Positions 42,084 through 51,383 of a stretch of 64,000 bases of DNA are shown piece by piece. Position numbers and translations under genes: made by a program. The stretch comes from Myxococcota bacterium. GTDB lineage: Bacteria; Myxococcota_A; UBA796; UBA2385. Under the pieces are notes generated by a model that saw only the letters and a program-made list of their open reading frames with translations, did not search any database and was not told the origin of the DNA. The stretch spans positions 320,001 through 384,000 of the forward strand of contig JBIJDH010000002.1 of assembly GCA_044344255.1 (NCBI GenBank). Direction: 5' to 3'. The first letter of the stretch is position 1. Every line of letters begins with the position of its first letter.

Positions 42084-43811
42084 CTACCCGCGCGTGCCGG
42101 CCTCGCCGTCGCGCCGACGGGTCGCGACCGCGCCGAGCACGAGGAGCACCAAGGGGGCGATGGGGGGCCGGTCGGCCTCGGCCGGCGAGGCGCAGCCGCA
42201 GCGCCGGGGGGCCTCGCCGGCGTGGAGGGCGCCGCGGCCCGTGCGGGCGTCCGGCCCTGGGGCGTCGAGATCGTCCGCGCGGTCGGCGAGGGTGGCGCGG
42301 ATCAGCGCAGGATCGGCCTCTCCGCCTTCGCCGTCGAGGATGAGGGCGACGAGGCCCGCCGCGTGGGGGGTGGCGGCCGAGGTGCCGTAGAAGGCGCCGG
42401 GGCCGAAGGTGGCGGTGCTGACGCCGTCGGGGGCGCAGAAGTCTGGCTTCAAGCGTCCGTCGTCGGTGAGGCCGGTGGAGGAGTAGGGGCGGGCCGCCCT
42501 CCCGCCGTAGTCGCAAGCGCCGATCGTGACGACCTCCGCCGCGTCACCGGGGAGGGAAAGCGTGCCGCCAACGGTGGCGAGCTCAGCGGAGAGACCGTCG
42601 GGGACGTAGAGGTGCGCCACGACGCCGGTGAGGGCGGCCCCGTCGGCCACAGCGGCGCGAATTCGTACGATGGCTCGTCCATCCCCGCAGGGCCCCCCGG
42701 AGACGGCCTCATACGCGAGGCCGCCGGGCCGGCCATCCTGGGGCGCCTGGGAGAGCAGGCAGCGGGCGCCGTCCTCGTCGAGGGCCTCGAGGTCGAGGTC
42801 GAGGTGGGGAGGCGAGCTGTCCTCCCAGCGGAGGCTGGCGGTGACGAGGCCCTCGTTTGGGACCTCGATCTCCTCGACACCCCCAAGCTCGACGAGCCCG
42901 TCTTCATCGACATCCGAGAGGATCCCGCTGCGGTACCGCCCCTCCTCGTTACCGGCGGCCCCCACCCAGACCACGCCGGTCTGCTGGGCGAGGCGGTCGA
43001 CGGCGCGTGAGACCGGGCTCTGGCCGTCGGCGGGCCAGATGTTGTCGAAGCCGATGGAGGCGTTGACCACGTCGGGGGGATCACGCTCGAGGTCTTCGAT
43101 CGCGGCGAGGAGCTCGGTGTCGGTGGCGAAGGCCCGGAGGCGGAGCTGCGCCTCCGGTGCGACGTCGTGGATGATCTCCGCCACCGCGGTCCCATGTCCG
43201 GTGCTCTTGTCCTCATCGTCGATGTCGAGACCGTAGGGGAGCTCTGCGCCCTCGAGCGCGCCCGCGCCCGCGAAGCCGACATCGAGGACGGCCACCTCCA
43301 ATCCCTGGCCGCGAATGCGGGCGTCTATCCAGCTCTCCTGGTCGAAGATCAGCGGGAGTCCCTCGCTCACCACCGCCCCGCTCCAGCCGGCGGCGTTGCC
43401 CTGTTTGGGGCTGACGCGAAAGGGCGGGCGGGCGCGGAGGAGGTCGGAGGTGTCGAGGTCGGCGGGATCCAGGCCGGCGACGGCGGGGGGAGAGAGCAGG
43501 CCGGCGAGGGTTCGGAGCTCGTCGGGCCAGAGGCGGAGCTCGAGCTGAGCCCCCTCGGGGTCCGAGAGGTGGGCGACGCGATACACCGGCAGCTTGTGCG
43601 CGAGGAGGAGGGCCTCGATCGAGGCGCCCGCCCGGACCTCGAGCACCACCACCACCCGCCCGCCGATGACCGAGCCCGCGTGGGTCGCCGCCCAGGCCTC
43701 GAGCCCCCCTTCAGTCGCGGCGAGGAGCGCCCCGGCCGTGTCGGGATCGAGCCACGGCCGGTCGAGGCTTCGCGGCGCGGCCATGGCGGGGAGCAGGAAG
43801 AGCCACAACAT
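42084..43811 (-). CDS. S8 subtilisin-like protease with MYXO-CTERM-like tail
   Basis: VAVLDVG (Asp), GHGTAVA (His), AAGNE, GTSAATPH (Ser); C-terminal CGC...hydrophobic...RRR. Confidence 0.9.
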   Translation of the reverse strand: MLWLFLLPAMAAPRSLDRPWLDPDTAGALLAATEGGLEAWAATHAGSVIGGRVVVVLEVRAGASIEALLLAHKLPVYRVAHLSDPEGAQLELRLWPDELRTLAGLLSPPAVAGLDPADLDTSDLLRARPPFRVSPKQGNAAGWSGAVVSEGLPLIFDQESWIDARIRGQGLEVAVLDVGFAGAGALEGAELPYGLDIDDEDKSTGHGTAVAEIIHDVAPEAQLRLRAFATDTELLAAIEDLERDPPDVVNASIGFDNIWPADGQSPVSRAVDRLAQQTGVVWVGAAGNEEGRYRSGILSDVDEDGLVELGGVEEIEVPNEGLVTASLRWEDSSPPHLDLDLEALDEDGARCLLSQAPQDGRPGGLAYEAVSGGPCGDGRAIVRIRAAVADGAALTGVVAHLYVPDGLSAELATVGGTLSLPGDAAEVVTIGACDYGGRAARPYSSTGLTDDGRLKPDFCAPDGVSTATFGPGAFYGTSAATPHAAGLVALILDGEGGEADPALIRATLADRADDLDAPGPDARTGRGALHAGEAPRRCGCASPAEADRPPIAPLVLLVLGAVATRRRDGEAGTRG

Positions 43812-43889
43812 GCCCCTTCGCCTATCGCGAGGGGTTGGAAAGGGGGTGGGTGGCATGCTAAGCCGAGGGGCTACGGATCGGAGACCCCC

Positions 43890-44732
43890 ATGCTCTCGCT
43901 GACCCTGCTCCTCTGCGCTGCTCACGCCGCTGACCCCGCGGCGGAAGACCCGTCGAGCACCGGCGGAGCGAGCCCGGCGCCGAGCGAGCCCGCAGGCGGG
44001 GCCGCCGCTGCGCCCAACGAGTCGGAGGACGAAGAGGAGGGCGAGGCGGGGGCCGCGCTGCCGCTCCACGCCGGGGAGCTGAACAAGGGCTTTTATACGA
44101 ACGCCTACCAGATGAGGGCGGGTGAGCTCACCCTCCACCCCGGCATCTGGGACAGCCAGTGGGGCATCACCGACAAGGTCGAGCTCCGAAGCTCGATCCT
44201 CGGCTTCATCCCCGGCCCGAACCTCGGCCTCAAGGTCGGGGTGCTCCAGTCCAAGGAGATGGCCCTCGCGGTCGAGGTCGATGGCAGCGCCGACTGGAAG
44301 TTCAAGTCGCCGGGCGGCGGCGGGGGCCTCGTCTGGTCCTACGGTGGCCCTACGGGCGATCGGGTCAACGTCGGGGTCGGCGCCTCCTACGGGAAGTACG
44401 TCTTCAAGCTCACCGACGAGACCGGCAACATCCAGGTCAAGCAGACGATCGTGCAGATCGAGACGCCGATCACCGTCGGCTATGACCTCGCCCTGAACGA
44501 CCAGCAGGTCTTTCAGTTCATCGGGGTCGCCGACGCCCTCGGCCTCTCCAAGGGGGAGGGCTCGGCGGCGGCGTCCTTCCAATGGAACCGCGGCTGGGAG
44601 GCCTTTCGGCTGGGCCTCGGGCTGGGGCTGTACTATCGTCAGGACCTCTCGGTCTATACTGAGCTGAGTGACAAGGTGCCCGACTGGCCGGTTTATCCCT
44701 ATCCGAGCGCCTCCCTGTGGTGGAGGATTTGA
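43890..44732 (+). CDS. Probable outer-membrane beta-barrel protein
   Basis: Signal peptide ending AHA, alternating beta strands, C-terminal SLWWRI. Confidence 0.7.
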   Translation: MLSLTLLLCAAHAADPAAEDPSSTGGASPAPSEPAGGAAAAPNESEDEEEGEAGAALPLHAGELNKGFYTNAYQMRAGELTLHPGIWDSQWGITDKVELRSSILGFIPGPNLGLKVGVLQSKEMALAVEVDGSADWKFKSPGGGGGLVWSYGGPTGDRVNVGVGASYGKYVFKLTDETGNIQVKQTIVQIETPITVGYDLALNDQQVFQFIGVADALGLSKGEGSAAASFQWNRGWEAFRLGLGLGLYYRQDLSVYTELSDKVPDWPVYPYPSASLWWRI

Positions 44733-44766
44733 CAGCGCGCCTACGCCCGACGGCGGCCGCGCGGCG

Positions 44767-45954
44767 ATGAGCGCGCGGCCCTCTGGCGTACGGCCACCGG
44801 GCGTCCCCGGCCTCGGCGCCGCGCTCGTCACGGTGGCGCTGTGCGCGTTTGGCCTGTCTTTCGCCTCGGCCTGCTCGCGCGCGCCCCTGCCGCCGGTGGT
44901 CGCCCTGATCACGGTCGACACCTGGCGCTTCGATCACTGGTCCGCGGAGCGGAGCCCGGCGCTGTGGGCCCTCGCCGAGCGCGGCGAGCGATACACCAAC
45001 GCCTGGAGCCCAATCGGCCTCACGTCTGCGGCCCACGCCACGATGCTCACCGGGCTACCCCCTTGGCAGCATGGGATGGAGGCGAACAATCACCACGGCT
45101 ATTCGCTGAAGGAGGGCCTCCCCACGCTCCCGGAGATGTTCCCCGGCTATGCGAGCGGCGCCTTCGTGAGCGCCTGGCCGGCTGGCCCTGCGGGGGGCCT
45201 CGATCGAGGTTGGGAGCGCTTCGACGGCCCCGAGAGCGGCGAGCGGGACGGAGAGATCGCCGTCCAGCGGGCCCTCGATTGGCTCCCTACCGACCGCCCG
45301 GCCCTGCTGTGGGTACACGTCTACGAACCCCATGGGCCCTATGTCGGCGAGGGAGAGACCGACGCCCAGCGATACGCCGAGGAGGTGCTGCGTGCTGATC
45401 GGCTCCTGGAGCCGCTCCTCGAGCGCCTCGTCGAGCGCGGCGCGCGGGTCGTCGTCGCTGCCGACCACGGGGAGGTCTTGACCGAGGAGACCTGCGGGAG
45501 GCAGCACGAGCGCTCGATCGGAGAGGGGGTGCTGCACGTGCCCCTCTTGCGCTGGTCGCCCGAGCTCGAGGGCCACGCCGGCGCCCGGGATGAGCGGGTG
45601 GGCCTGGAGGATGTGCCGGCCCTCCTTCGGGGGGAGCCCCTGGTGGGCCGCCCCTACAGCCTCGGCGAGAGCGGCATGTGCGAGGCCGACTGCGCCCCAG
45701 GCTGCGCCCCCGCCGGGCTGATCGGCCGGGATCGGACGATCTTCGGCGCGCGCGGGCGGTGGATCAAGCGGCCGGGGCGGGGCACCTTCGCCGTAGGCAA
45801 GCCCGATCCGGACTGGCTCCCCACCCTCGAGGCGCTGCCGCCGGTGCGGCCGCCGGGCGAAGCGGCGGCAGAAGCAGGCATGAAGGCGCTCGGTTACCTG
45901 GAGCCCTCCGCGCCCTCGGACGAGGCGAAGAAGTCAGACAGGAGTCCCCGATGA
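44767..45954 (+). CDS. Sulfatase-like / alkaline-phosphatase superfamily lipoprotein (Thr nucleophile)
   Basis: ITVDT, LTSAAHATMLTG, HVYEPHGPY, ADHGE, LHVPL. Confidence 0.85.
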   Translation: MSARPSGVRPPGVPGLGAALVTVALCAFGLSFASACSRAPLPPVVALITVDTWRFDHWSAERSPALWALAERGERYTNAWSPIGLTSAAHATMLTGLPPWQHGMEANNHHGYSLKEGLPTLPEMFPGYASGAFVSAWPAGPAGGLDRGWERFDGPESGERDGEIAVQRALDWLPTDRPALLWVHVYEPHGPYVGEGETDAQRYAEEVLRADRLLEPLLERLVERGARVVVAADHGEVLTEETCGRQHERSIGEGVLHVPLLRWSPELEGHAGARDERVGLEDVPALLRGEPLVGRPYSLGESGMCEADCAPGCAPAGLIGRDRTIFGARGRWIKRPGRGTFAVGKPDPDWLPTLEALPPVRPPGEAAAEAGMKALGYLEPSAPSDEAKKSDRSPR

Positions 45955-46346
45955 AGGTGTTTCCCGTGGTCCTCGGATTGATGCTCGCCGCTGGGGCCTG
46001 CTGCTGCGGCGATATGCTGGAGGGGCTCGGCGTCCCGATGCCCTCGGCCGGCGGCGACGTGCCGGCCGCGCTGGCGGGCTTCGAGGTCTACCCGGGCGCT
46101 CAGTTCCAGGCGGGGGCCAAGGTCGGCTCCGTGAGCTCGGCCAATTTCGAGGTGCCGGGTGCGGCCCCGACAGACATCGTCAACTTCTACAAGGGCCAGT
46201 TCGTGGAGGACGGCTATACGATCGGCGTCGACTACGCAGACGCCACCACCGCCACCGTCCAAGGCTCGAAGGGCTCGGCGAAGGCCACCGCCACGGCCAC
46301 CACGCAGGGCGACAAGGTCTGGCTGGTCCTCGGCCTTCAGGAGTGA
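45951..46346 (+). CDS. Small hypothetical lipoprotein
   Basis: MKVFPVVLGLMLAAGACCCG; YPGA...IVNFYK; ATGA overlap with the upstream gene. Confidence 0.8.
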   Translation: MKVFPVVLGLMLAAGACCCGDMLEGLGVPMPSAGGDVPAALAGFEVYPGAQFQAGAKVGSVSSANFEVPGAAPTDIVNFYKGQFVEDGYTIGVDYADATTATVQGSKGSAKATATATTQGDKVWLVLGLQE

Positions 46347-46426
46347 GCTTCGGGAGTGGGCCGCGGGCGGCGGGCTAATCCTGTCGCCCCCTCCGCGGCC
46401 CTGCCTCTATCGGTGGCTGGGCCCCT

Positions 46427-47383
46427 CTACCGGGGTGTGGGCTTGCGGCGCGCGCCACCGCCGGGCTTGAGCTTCCCTGTCGCCCGCTTCTTGCTGAGCG
46501 GCTTGTTGGCCGGCGGCTTGGGGCGGGCGAAGCCCTCCTTGTATCGGACCTTGTGACCCGCCTGCTCGGCTGGCACACCCTCGGCGATGTCTCGTACGCG
46601 GCGCAGCTCCTCGCCAGAGAGGGCGCGGAGATCGCCTCGCTCCATCCCACGGATGGTGATGGTCGCGAAGCTCTCCCGGCGCAGCTTGGCGACCGGGTGC
46701 CCGACGGCCTCGAACATCCGTCGCACCAGGCGGTTGCGGCCCTCGGTGACGGTGACCTCCACCCAGCAATTCCCAGCCTCGGTGGTGGAGACCACGCGGA
46801 CCTTGCAGGGCGCGGTGCGGCCGTCGTCGAGCTGGACGCCCTTGGCGAGGCGCTGCAGCTTCTCCTCGGAGGGCTGCTTCCAGACCTTGACGAGGTATCG
46901 CTTGGGCACGCCCTTGCTCGGGTGGGTGAGCGCGTGGGCCAGGTCGCCGTCATTGGTGAGCAGCAGCGCGCCCTCGGTGTCCATGTCGAGGCGTCCGACC
47001 GGCTCCACGCGCTCGGCGAGATGCTCGACGAGGTCGAGCACGCTCGGGCGACCCTCAGGGTCCGACCGGCCGGTGATGGTGCCCTTGGGCTTGAACATCA
47101 CATAATAGACGAGGGGCGGGGCCTTCGGGAGCGGCCGACCGTCGAATCGCAGCTCATCGCGCGTGACGTCGACGGGGTGGCCGGGGTGGTAGACCCGGAC
47201 CCCATTGACCTCGGCGCGTCCGTCCTCGATGGCCTTCTCGGCCTCGCGGCGGCTGGCGACCCCGGCGCGGGCCAGGACCTTGGCCAGGCGTTCGCCGGAC
47301 GGCTCCGCCTCGTCGGCGGCCGGAGTGGGGCGAGGGGACGGCGCGCGGGGGAGGGGCTTTGGAGGGAGGGACTCTCGGGACAT
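46427..47383 (-). CDS. rluB: rRNA pseudouridine synthase (RluB/RsuA family)
   Basis: S4 domain ERLAKVLA.AG.ASRR, PVGRLD, LLLTNDG, EGRNR.VRRM; downstream of scpB. Confidence 0.92.
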   Translation of the reverse strand: MSRESLPPKPLPRAPSPRPTPAADEAEPSGERLAKVLARAGVASRREAEKAIEDGRAEVNGVRVYHPGHPVDVTRDELRFDGRPLPKAPPLVYYVMFKPKGTITGRSDPEGRPSVLDLVEHLAERVEPVGRLDMDTEGALLLTNDGDLAHALTHPSKGVPKRYLVKVWKQPSEEKLQRLAKGVQLDDGRTAPCKVRVVSTTEAGNCWVEVTVTEGRNRLVRRMFEAVGHPVAKLRRESFATITIRGMERGDLRALSGEELRRVRDIAEGVPAEQAGHKVRYKEGFARPKPPANKPLSKKRATGKLKPGGGARRKPTPR

Positions 47384-47490
47384 GCACGTTCCAGTCGGGG
47401 CCGTCGGGCCCGGGTCGGGCGGCAGGCGGAGGGGCCGGCGGTATATGGGGAGCCCTCGCCCCTGTCAATCTCGAGGCTCAAGACCCCGCG

Positions 47491-48267
47491 TTAGAGGCCG
47501 TCGTCGCCGTCCTCGCTGCCGGGGTGCTCTCGCGGATCGTCCCGCTGGAGCTCGCGCAGGTCGCGGAGCGTGGGCAGATCGCTCAGGTCCCGGAGGCCGA
47601 ACAGGGAGAGGAAGTCGGGAGAGGTGCCGTAGATCAGCGGCCTGCCGGGCTCATCCTTTCGACCGATCGGCGTGACGAGCCCCCGCTCACAGAGGTTTCG
47701 CAGCACGCCGCCGGAGTCCACGCCGCGGAGCAGCTCGATCTCACCGCGGGTGACGGGCTGCCGATAGGCGCAGACGGCCAGGGTCTCGAGCGCGGCGCGG
47801 GACAGCTTCAGGGGCCGACCCCCGCGCATCGCCGCCACCCAGGGAGCGAAGCGGGTTTCCGTGCGGAACTGCCAGCCCTTGGCTACCTGCATGAGCCGAT
47901 AACCGGCATTGTTGCGGCGCAGTCGGTCACGGATGTTGTCGAGCGACGTGCGGACCAGGGCCAGCCCGGGGTTGGAGAGCCAGCCGTCGATCTGTGACTC
48001 GCTCAGCGGGCCGTCCGCGGCCAGCAGCAGGGCCTCCACCGCACCCTCGACGAGGTGCGGCGCGGGGGGTGGGATGACCACCACCTCCTCGGTGGACAGG
48101 GAGCGGATCGGCGGCGTGACCGACCAGGCATCGACGACCGGGTCTTCCTCCTCTTGGGGGGGCTCATCCGGTCGCTGGGGCGGTCGACCGAAGCCAGGGA
48201 GGTGGATGACGTTGTCCGGCCCCGGATCGAGCTCCTCCGGCTCGTCGGTGTCGATAGGCCCCGTCAT
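47491..48267 (-). CDS. scpB: SMC-Scp complex subunit ScpB
   Basis: LSRAALETLA..AYRQPVTR.EIE.LRGV, PGRP.IYGT..FL..FGL. Confidence 0.96.
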   Translation of the reverse strand: MTGPIDTDEPEELDPGPDNVIHLPGFGRPPQRPDEPPQEEEDPVVDAWSVTPPIRSLSTEEVVVIPPPAPHLVEGAVEALLLAADGPLSESQIDGWLSNPGLALVRTSLDNIRDRLRRNNAGYRLMQVAKGWQFRTETRFAPWVAAMRGGRPLKLSRAALETLAVCAYRQPVTRGEIELLRGVDSGGVLRNLCERGLVTPIGRKDEPGRPLIYGTSPDFLSLFGLRDLSDLPTLRDLRELQRDDPREHPGSEDGDDGL

Positions 48268-49043
48268 CCGGCGCTCCCTCCGGAGAGGCGGCCGAGGTCT
48301 GCGGTCTCGGGCGTGGCCTGACCGTGGAGGATGATCGGGCCGAGGTGCTGACCCTGCCGGAGGTCGAGCATGCCCAGGCGGGCCATCTCGAGCGCGGCGA
48401 GGAAGGCGATGATCCGGTCGCCGCGGCGCTGGAGGAGGCGGAGGAGGTCGGTGAGCTCGCGCGGACCTTCATGTAGCCGGCCGAGGATCCAGCCCGCCAT
48501 CTCCTGCAAGGAGTAATGTTCGAGCTCGATCTGGTGGATCGGCGCGTCCGCGGCGTGGCGCTGGAGCACTTCGTAGAAGATCTGGAGCAGGCCGAGCGGG
48601 TTGGTGCCCGCGACCACGGAGCGCTCGGTGCCGCCGATCGGCGCCTGGACGGCGGCGAAGGTGTCGCGGCCGAGCCAGGGGCGCTGGGAGAGGGCCTCGG
48701 CGGCCTCCCGGTAGCGTTGGTACTCCAGGAGGCGCCGGGCGAGGTCCTCTCGGACGGCGACGGGGTCGTCTTCGTCGGCGAGGTCCAGCGGCGCCGCGCG
48801 AGGCAGCAGCTCTTGACTCTTCAGCCAACAAAGGGTGGAGGCCATGACCAGAAATTCGCCCGCGACTTCCAGGTCAAGGGCCTCCATCCGGTGGATGTGC
48901 TCCAGGAACGCGTCGGTGATGGGCGCGATGGGGACATCGCGGAGATCCACACCATGTCGGCGCACCAGGAACAGCAGGAGCTCCAGAGGTCCGTCGTAGA
49001 CCTCTGTGTGGACAGCGTAGGTCCGGGGGTCGCAGGCGAGCAA
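48264..49043 (-). CDS. scpA: Segregation/condensation protein ScpA
   Basis: YDGPLELLLFLV, EFLVMA, KS..LLP, FLAALEMAR; start uncertain (TTG 49043 chosen). Confidence 0.92.
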   Translation of the reverse strand: MLACDPRTYAVHTEVYDGPLELLLFLVRRHGVDLRDVPIAPITDAFLEHIHRMEALDLEVAGEFLVMASTLCWLKSQELLPRAAPLDLADEDDPVAVREDLARRLLEYQRYREAAEALSQRPWLGRDTFAAVQAPIGGTERSVVAGTNPLGLLQIFYEVLQRHAADAPIHQIELEHYSLQEMAGWILGRLHEGPRELTDLLRLLQRRGDRIIAFLAALEMARLGMLDLRQGQHLGPIILHGQATPETADLGRLSGGSAG

Positions 49044-49517
49044 GGCGGGGGCCTGAGGAGGAGGGGAGGGGGAGGGGCGATGTGGGCGGCGGCTCGACCG
49101 GGCGTGACGAGCCAACCGAGGCTGCGATGCAGCCGTTCGGGCGGAGACACCCACGCAGCGCCCCGCAGGTTGTTCCCCGAAGGGGAAATCCTGAGGAGCT
49201 CGGCGACGGGTGGGGGGCGGGGCCAGCGTCGATACACTAATCGAGGATCGTGGTGGTATCAAGCAGATCGGGCCATCCTGACCTCACTCGTCGCGCGATT
49301 CTCCGTACTGCCGGTTGGGATCGTAATTCTCTTCGATTGGGCCCTCGGGACCCTCCTCCTCCCGCCGTGTTGAGGGGAGCCCGTACGGGTCGCTCCGTGC
49401 GTGGAACACGTAATTCTCGCCACAATTGGCGCTTTGAGGTGGGATTGAGCGGAAGGCCCCGCAGGGCTATGCTCCCGGCACCTTGGAGCAGCCCTGCCGC
49501 GGTCCGCGTCCCCTACT

Positions 49518-50258
49518 TTGCCCGCCTGGCCCTTGCTCTTCGGGGTTCAGCTCCTCGTCTTGCTGGCGGTGGTTGGCGTAGGGCTGGAGCTTCTACCGCC
49601 AGTTTATTCCGTTTCGGCCCCGGTGGGTGACCGTGTGGCCGCCCTGCCCGCGAGCGCCGAGGCGGACGTCGAGCGGGCGCTCCGGGCCGCCGCGCCGACC
49701 CGCGCCCTCCTCCGCTCTGAAGAGACCGCCTTACGTTCCTTCCTCTCCCTCGCGGCCGAGGGGGCGCGGACGTCGGTAGACTCGCTCCACATCACCGAGG
49801 GGCCGCCCGACCCTGGGGGCCAGCGGGTGCTGGTGCGCGTGGTGGTCACCGGTGACCCCCTCGACGTGCCGATCTTCCTCGATGGATCGGCGCACCTCCG
49901 GGCCCTCGGCCTCCCGGAGCGGCTGGAGGTCGACGCGGTCGGCCCGGGGCGGGTGAGCGTCGTGCTCATCCTCTCCTTCTTGAGACCACCGGTGCCCGAC
50001 ACCGGGTGGGTCGCGGGGCGGTTGACGGACGAGCTGCCCGCGGCAGCCCCTCGGGCTGGCTTGTTTGAGGCCGCCGCCCGCCTCGCGGCGCTCCGAGCCC
50101 ATCAGCGGAGCCAGGATGAACGGAGCCAGGCCGCCGAGGAGGCCCGCAGGCTGCTCAACCGCGCGCTGCCGCCGGCGCTCCTCCGGCTCCGAGCCGAAGG
50201 CGGTAGCCTCACCTGGACCCGCGGCGGCCCCCTCCGGAGCTCGAAGCCCCCGGGATAG
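49518..50258 (+). CDS. Hypothetical membrane-anchored protein, PilO/GspM-like
   Basis: N-terminal TM; VRVVVTG...FLD...L resembles the PilO fold pattern. Confidence 0.5.
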   Translation: MPAWPLLFGVQLLVLLAVVGVGLELLPPVYSVSAPVGDRVAALPASAEADVERALRAAAPTRALLRSEETALRSFLSLAAEGARTSVDSLHITEGPPDPGGQRVLVRVVVTGDPLDVPIFLDGSAHLRALGLPERLEVDAVGPGRVSVVLILSFLRPPVPDTGWVAGRLTDELPAAAPRAGLFEAAARLAALRAHQRSQDERSQAAEEARRLLNRALPPALLRLRAEGGSLTWTRGGPLRSSKPPG

Positions 50259-50285
50259 GCGGCTGGAGGTCAGCGGGCGGGCACC

Positions 50286-51356
50286 TCAGCCGCCGATCCG
50301 CATCCGGCGCACCTTCCCGATGGCGGCGATCCGCTCCTCGGCGAGCTGATTCGAGGCCTGGGTGGTGGTCACCCGGAGCGCCCGGGCCTTGTTGATCACG
50401 GCCTTGACCGTGTTGAAGATGTTCCCCGCCTCGGACATCACGCCGCTGTGTGGGGTGCCCTGGAGCTCGGCGTAGACGTTGATCAGGCCGCCCGCGTTGA
50501 TCACGTAGTCGGGGGCATAGACGATCCCTCCGGCTTCGAGGGCCTCGCCGTCGCGCGCCTCGTCGTCGAGCTGATTGTTTGCCGCCCCCGCGACGATCGG
50601 CGCCCGAATGCGAGGGATCGAGCTGGGGTTCAGGACGCCGCCGACCGCGCAGGGCGCGAGCACGTCGCACTCGGTCGCAAAGTAGTCCTCATCGTCCACG
50701 ATGGCGCCGCCGAAGGTCTCGAGGGCGAGCTTCAGCTTTCGGTGGGAGATGTCGCTGAACAGCAGCTTAGCGCCGTGCTCGTGGAGGGTGCGCGCCAAGT
50801 GGAAGCCGACGGCGCCCAGCCCTTGAATCGCCACCGTTCGACCGTTCACCTCCGGGACACCGAAGACGATCTCCAGGCAGGCTCGAATCCCCTGATACAC
50901 GCCCCAGGCCGTGACGGGAGAGGGGTCTCCGGAGCCGCCCTGGGCGGTCCCGAAGCCGGTGACCCACCGAGTCTCGCGGCGGATCCAATTCATATCCTCC
51001 ACGGTGGTGTTCATGTCTTCGGCGGTGATGTAACGCCCACCGAGGGACTCGATGTGGCGGCCGAAGGCCCGGAACAGAGCCTCGGACTTGATGGACGGAT
51101 CGCCCAGGATCACGGCCTTTCCACCGCCCAGGTCGAGCCCTGCCACGGCGGCCTTGTAGGTCATTCCGCGAGAGAGGCGGAGGACGTCGCGGACGGCGTC
51201 GGCTTCATTGGCGTAGTTGTACAGTCGAACGCCACCCAGTGCCGGGCCCAGCGCGGTGCTGTGGAGGCCGATGATGGCGCGGAGGCCGACGTCATCGTTC
51301 CGGCAGAAGATGAGCTGCTCGTGGCCGAGCTCGGAGAGGTCGGAGAAGATGCCCAT
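50286..51356 (-). CDS. Leu/Phe/Val dehydrogenase
   Basis: LGPALGG, GMTYK, GGGKAVI, GSGDPSPVTA, GLGAVG, GAANNQL, YAPDYVINAGG. Confidence 0.94.
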   Translation of the reverse strand: MGIFSDLSELGHEQLIFCRNDDVGLRAIIGLHSTALGPALGGVRLYNYANEADAVRDVLRLSRGMTYKAAVAGLDLGGGKAVILGDPSIKSEALFRAFGRHIESLGGRYITAEDMNTTVEDMNWIRRETRWVTGFGTAQGGSGDPSPVTAWGVYQGIRACLEIVFGVPEVNGRTVAIQGLGAVGFHLARTLHEHGAKLLFSDISHRKLKLALETFGGAIVDDEDYFATECDVLAPCAVGGVLNPSSIPRIRAPIVAGAANNQLDDEARDGEALEAGGIVYAPDYVINAGGLINVYAELQGTPHSGVMSEAGNIFNTVKAVINKARALRVTTTQASNQLAEERIAAIGKVRRMRIGG

Positions 51357-51383
51357 CGGCGCCTCGGGTGCGGGGGCGGTCCC

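Noticed and set aside
43812..44921. Apparent 370-aa N-terminal extension of the S8 protease
   Set aside because: It is antisense to the beta-barrel gene, and a signal peptide starts at ATG 43811.
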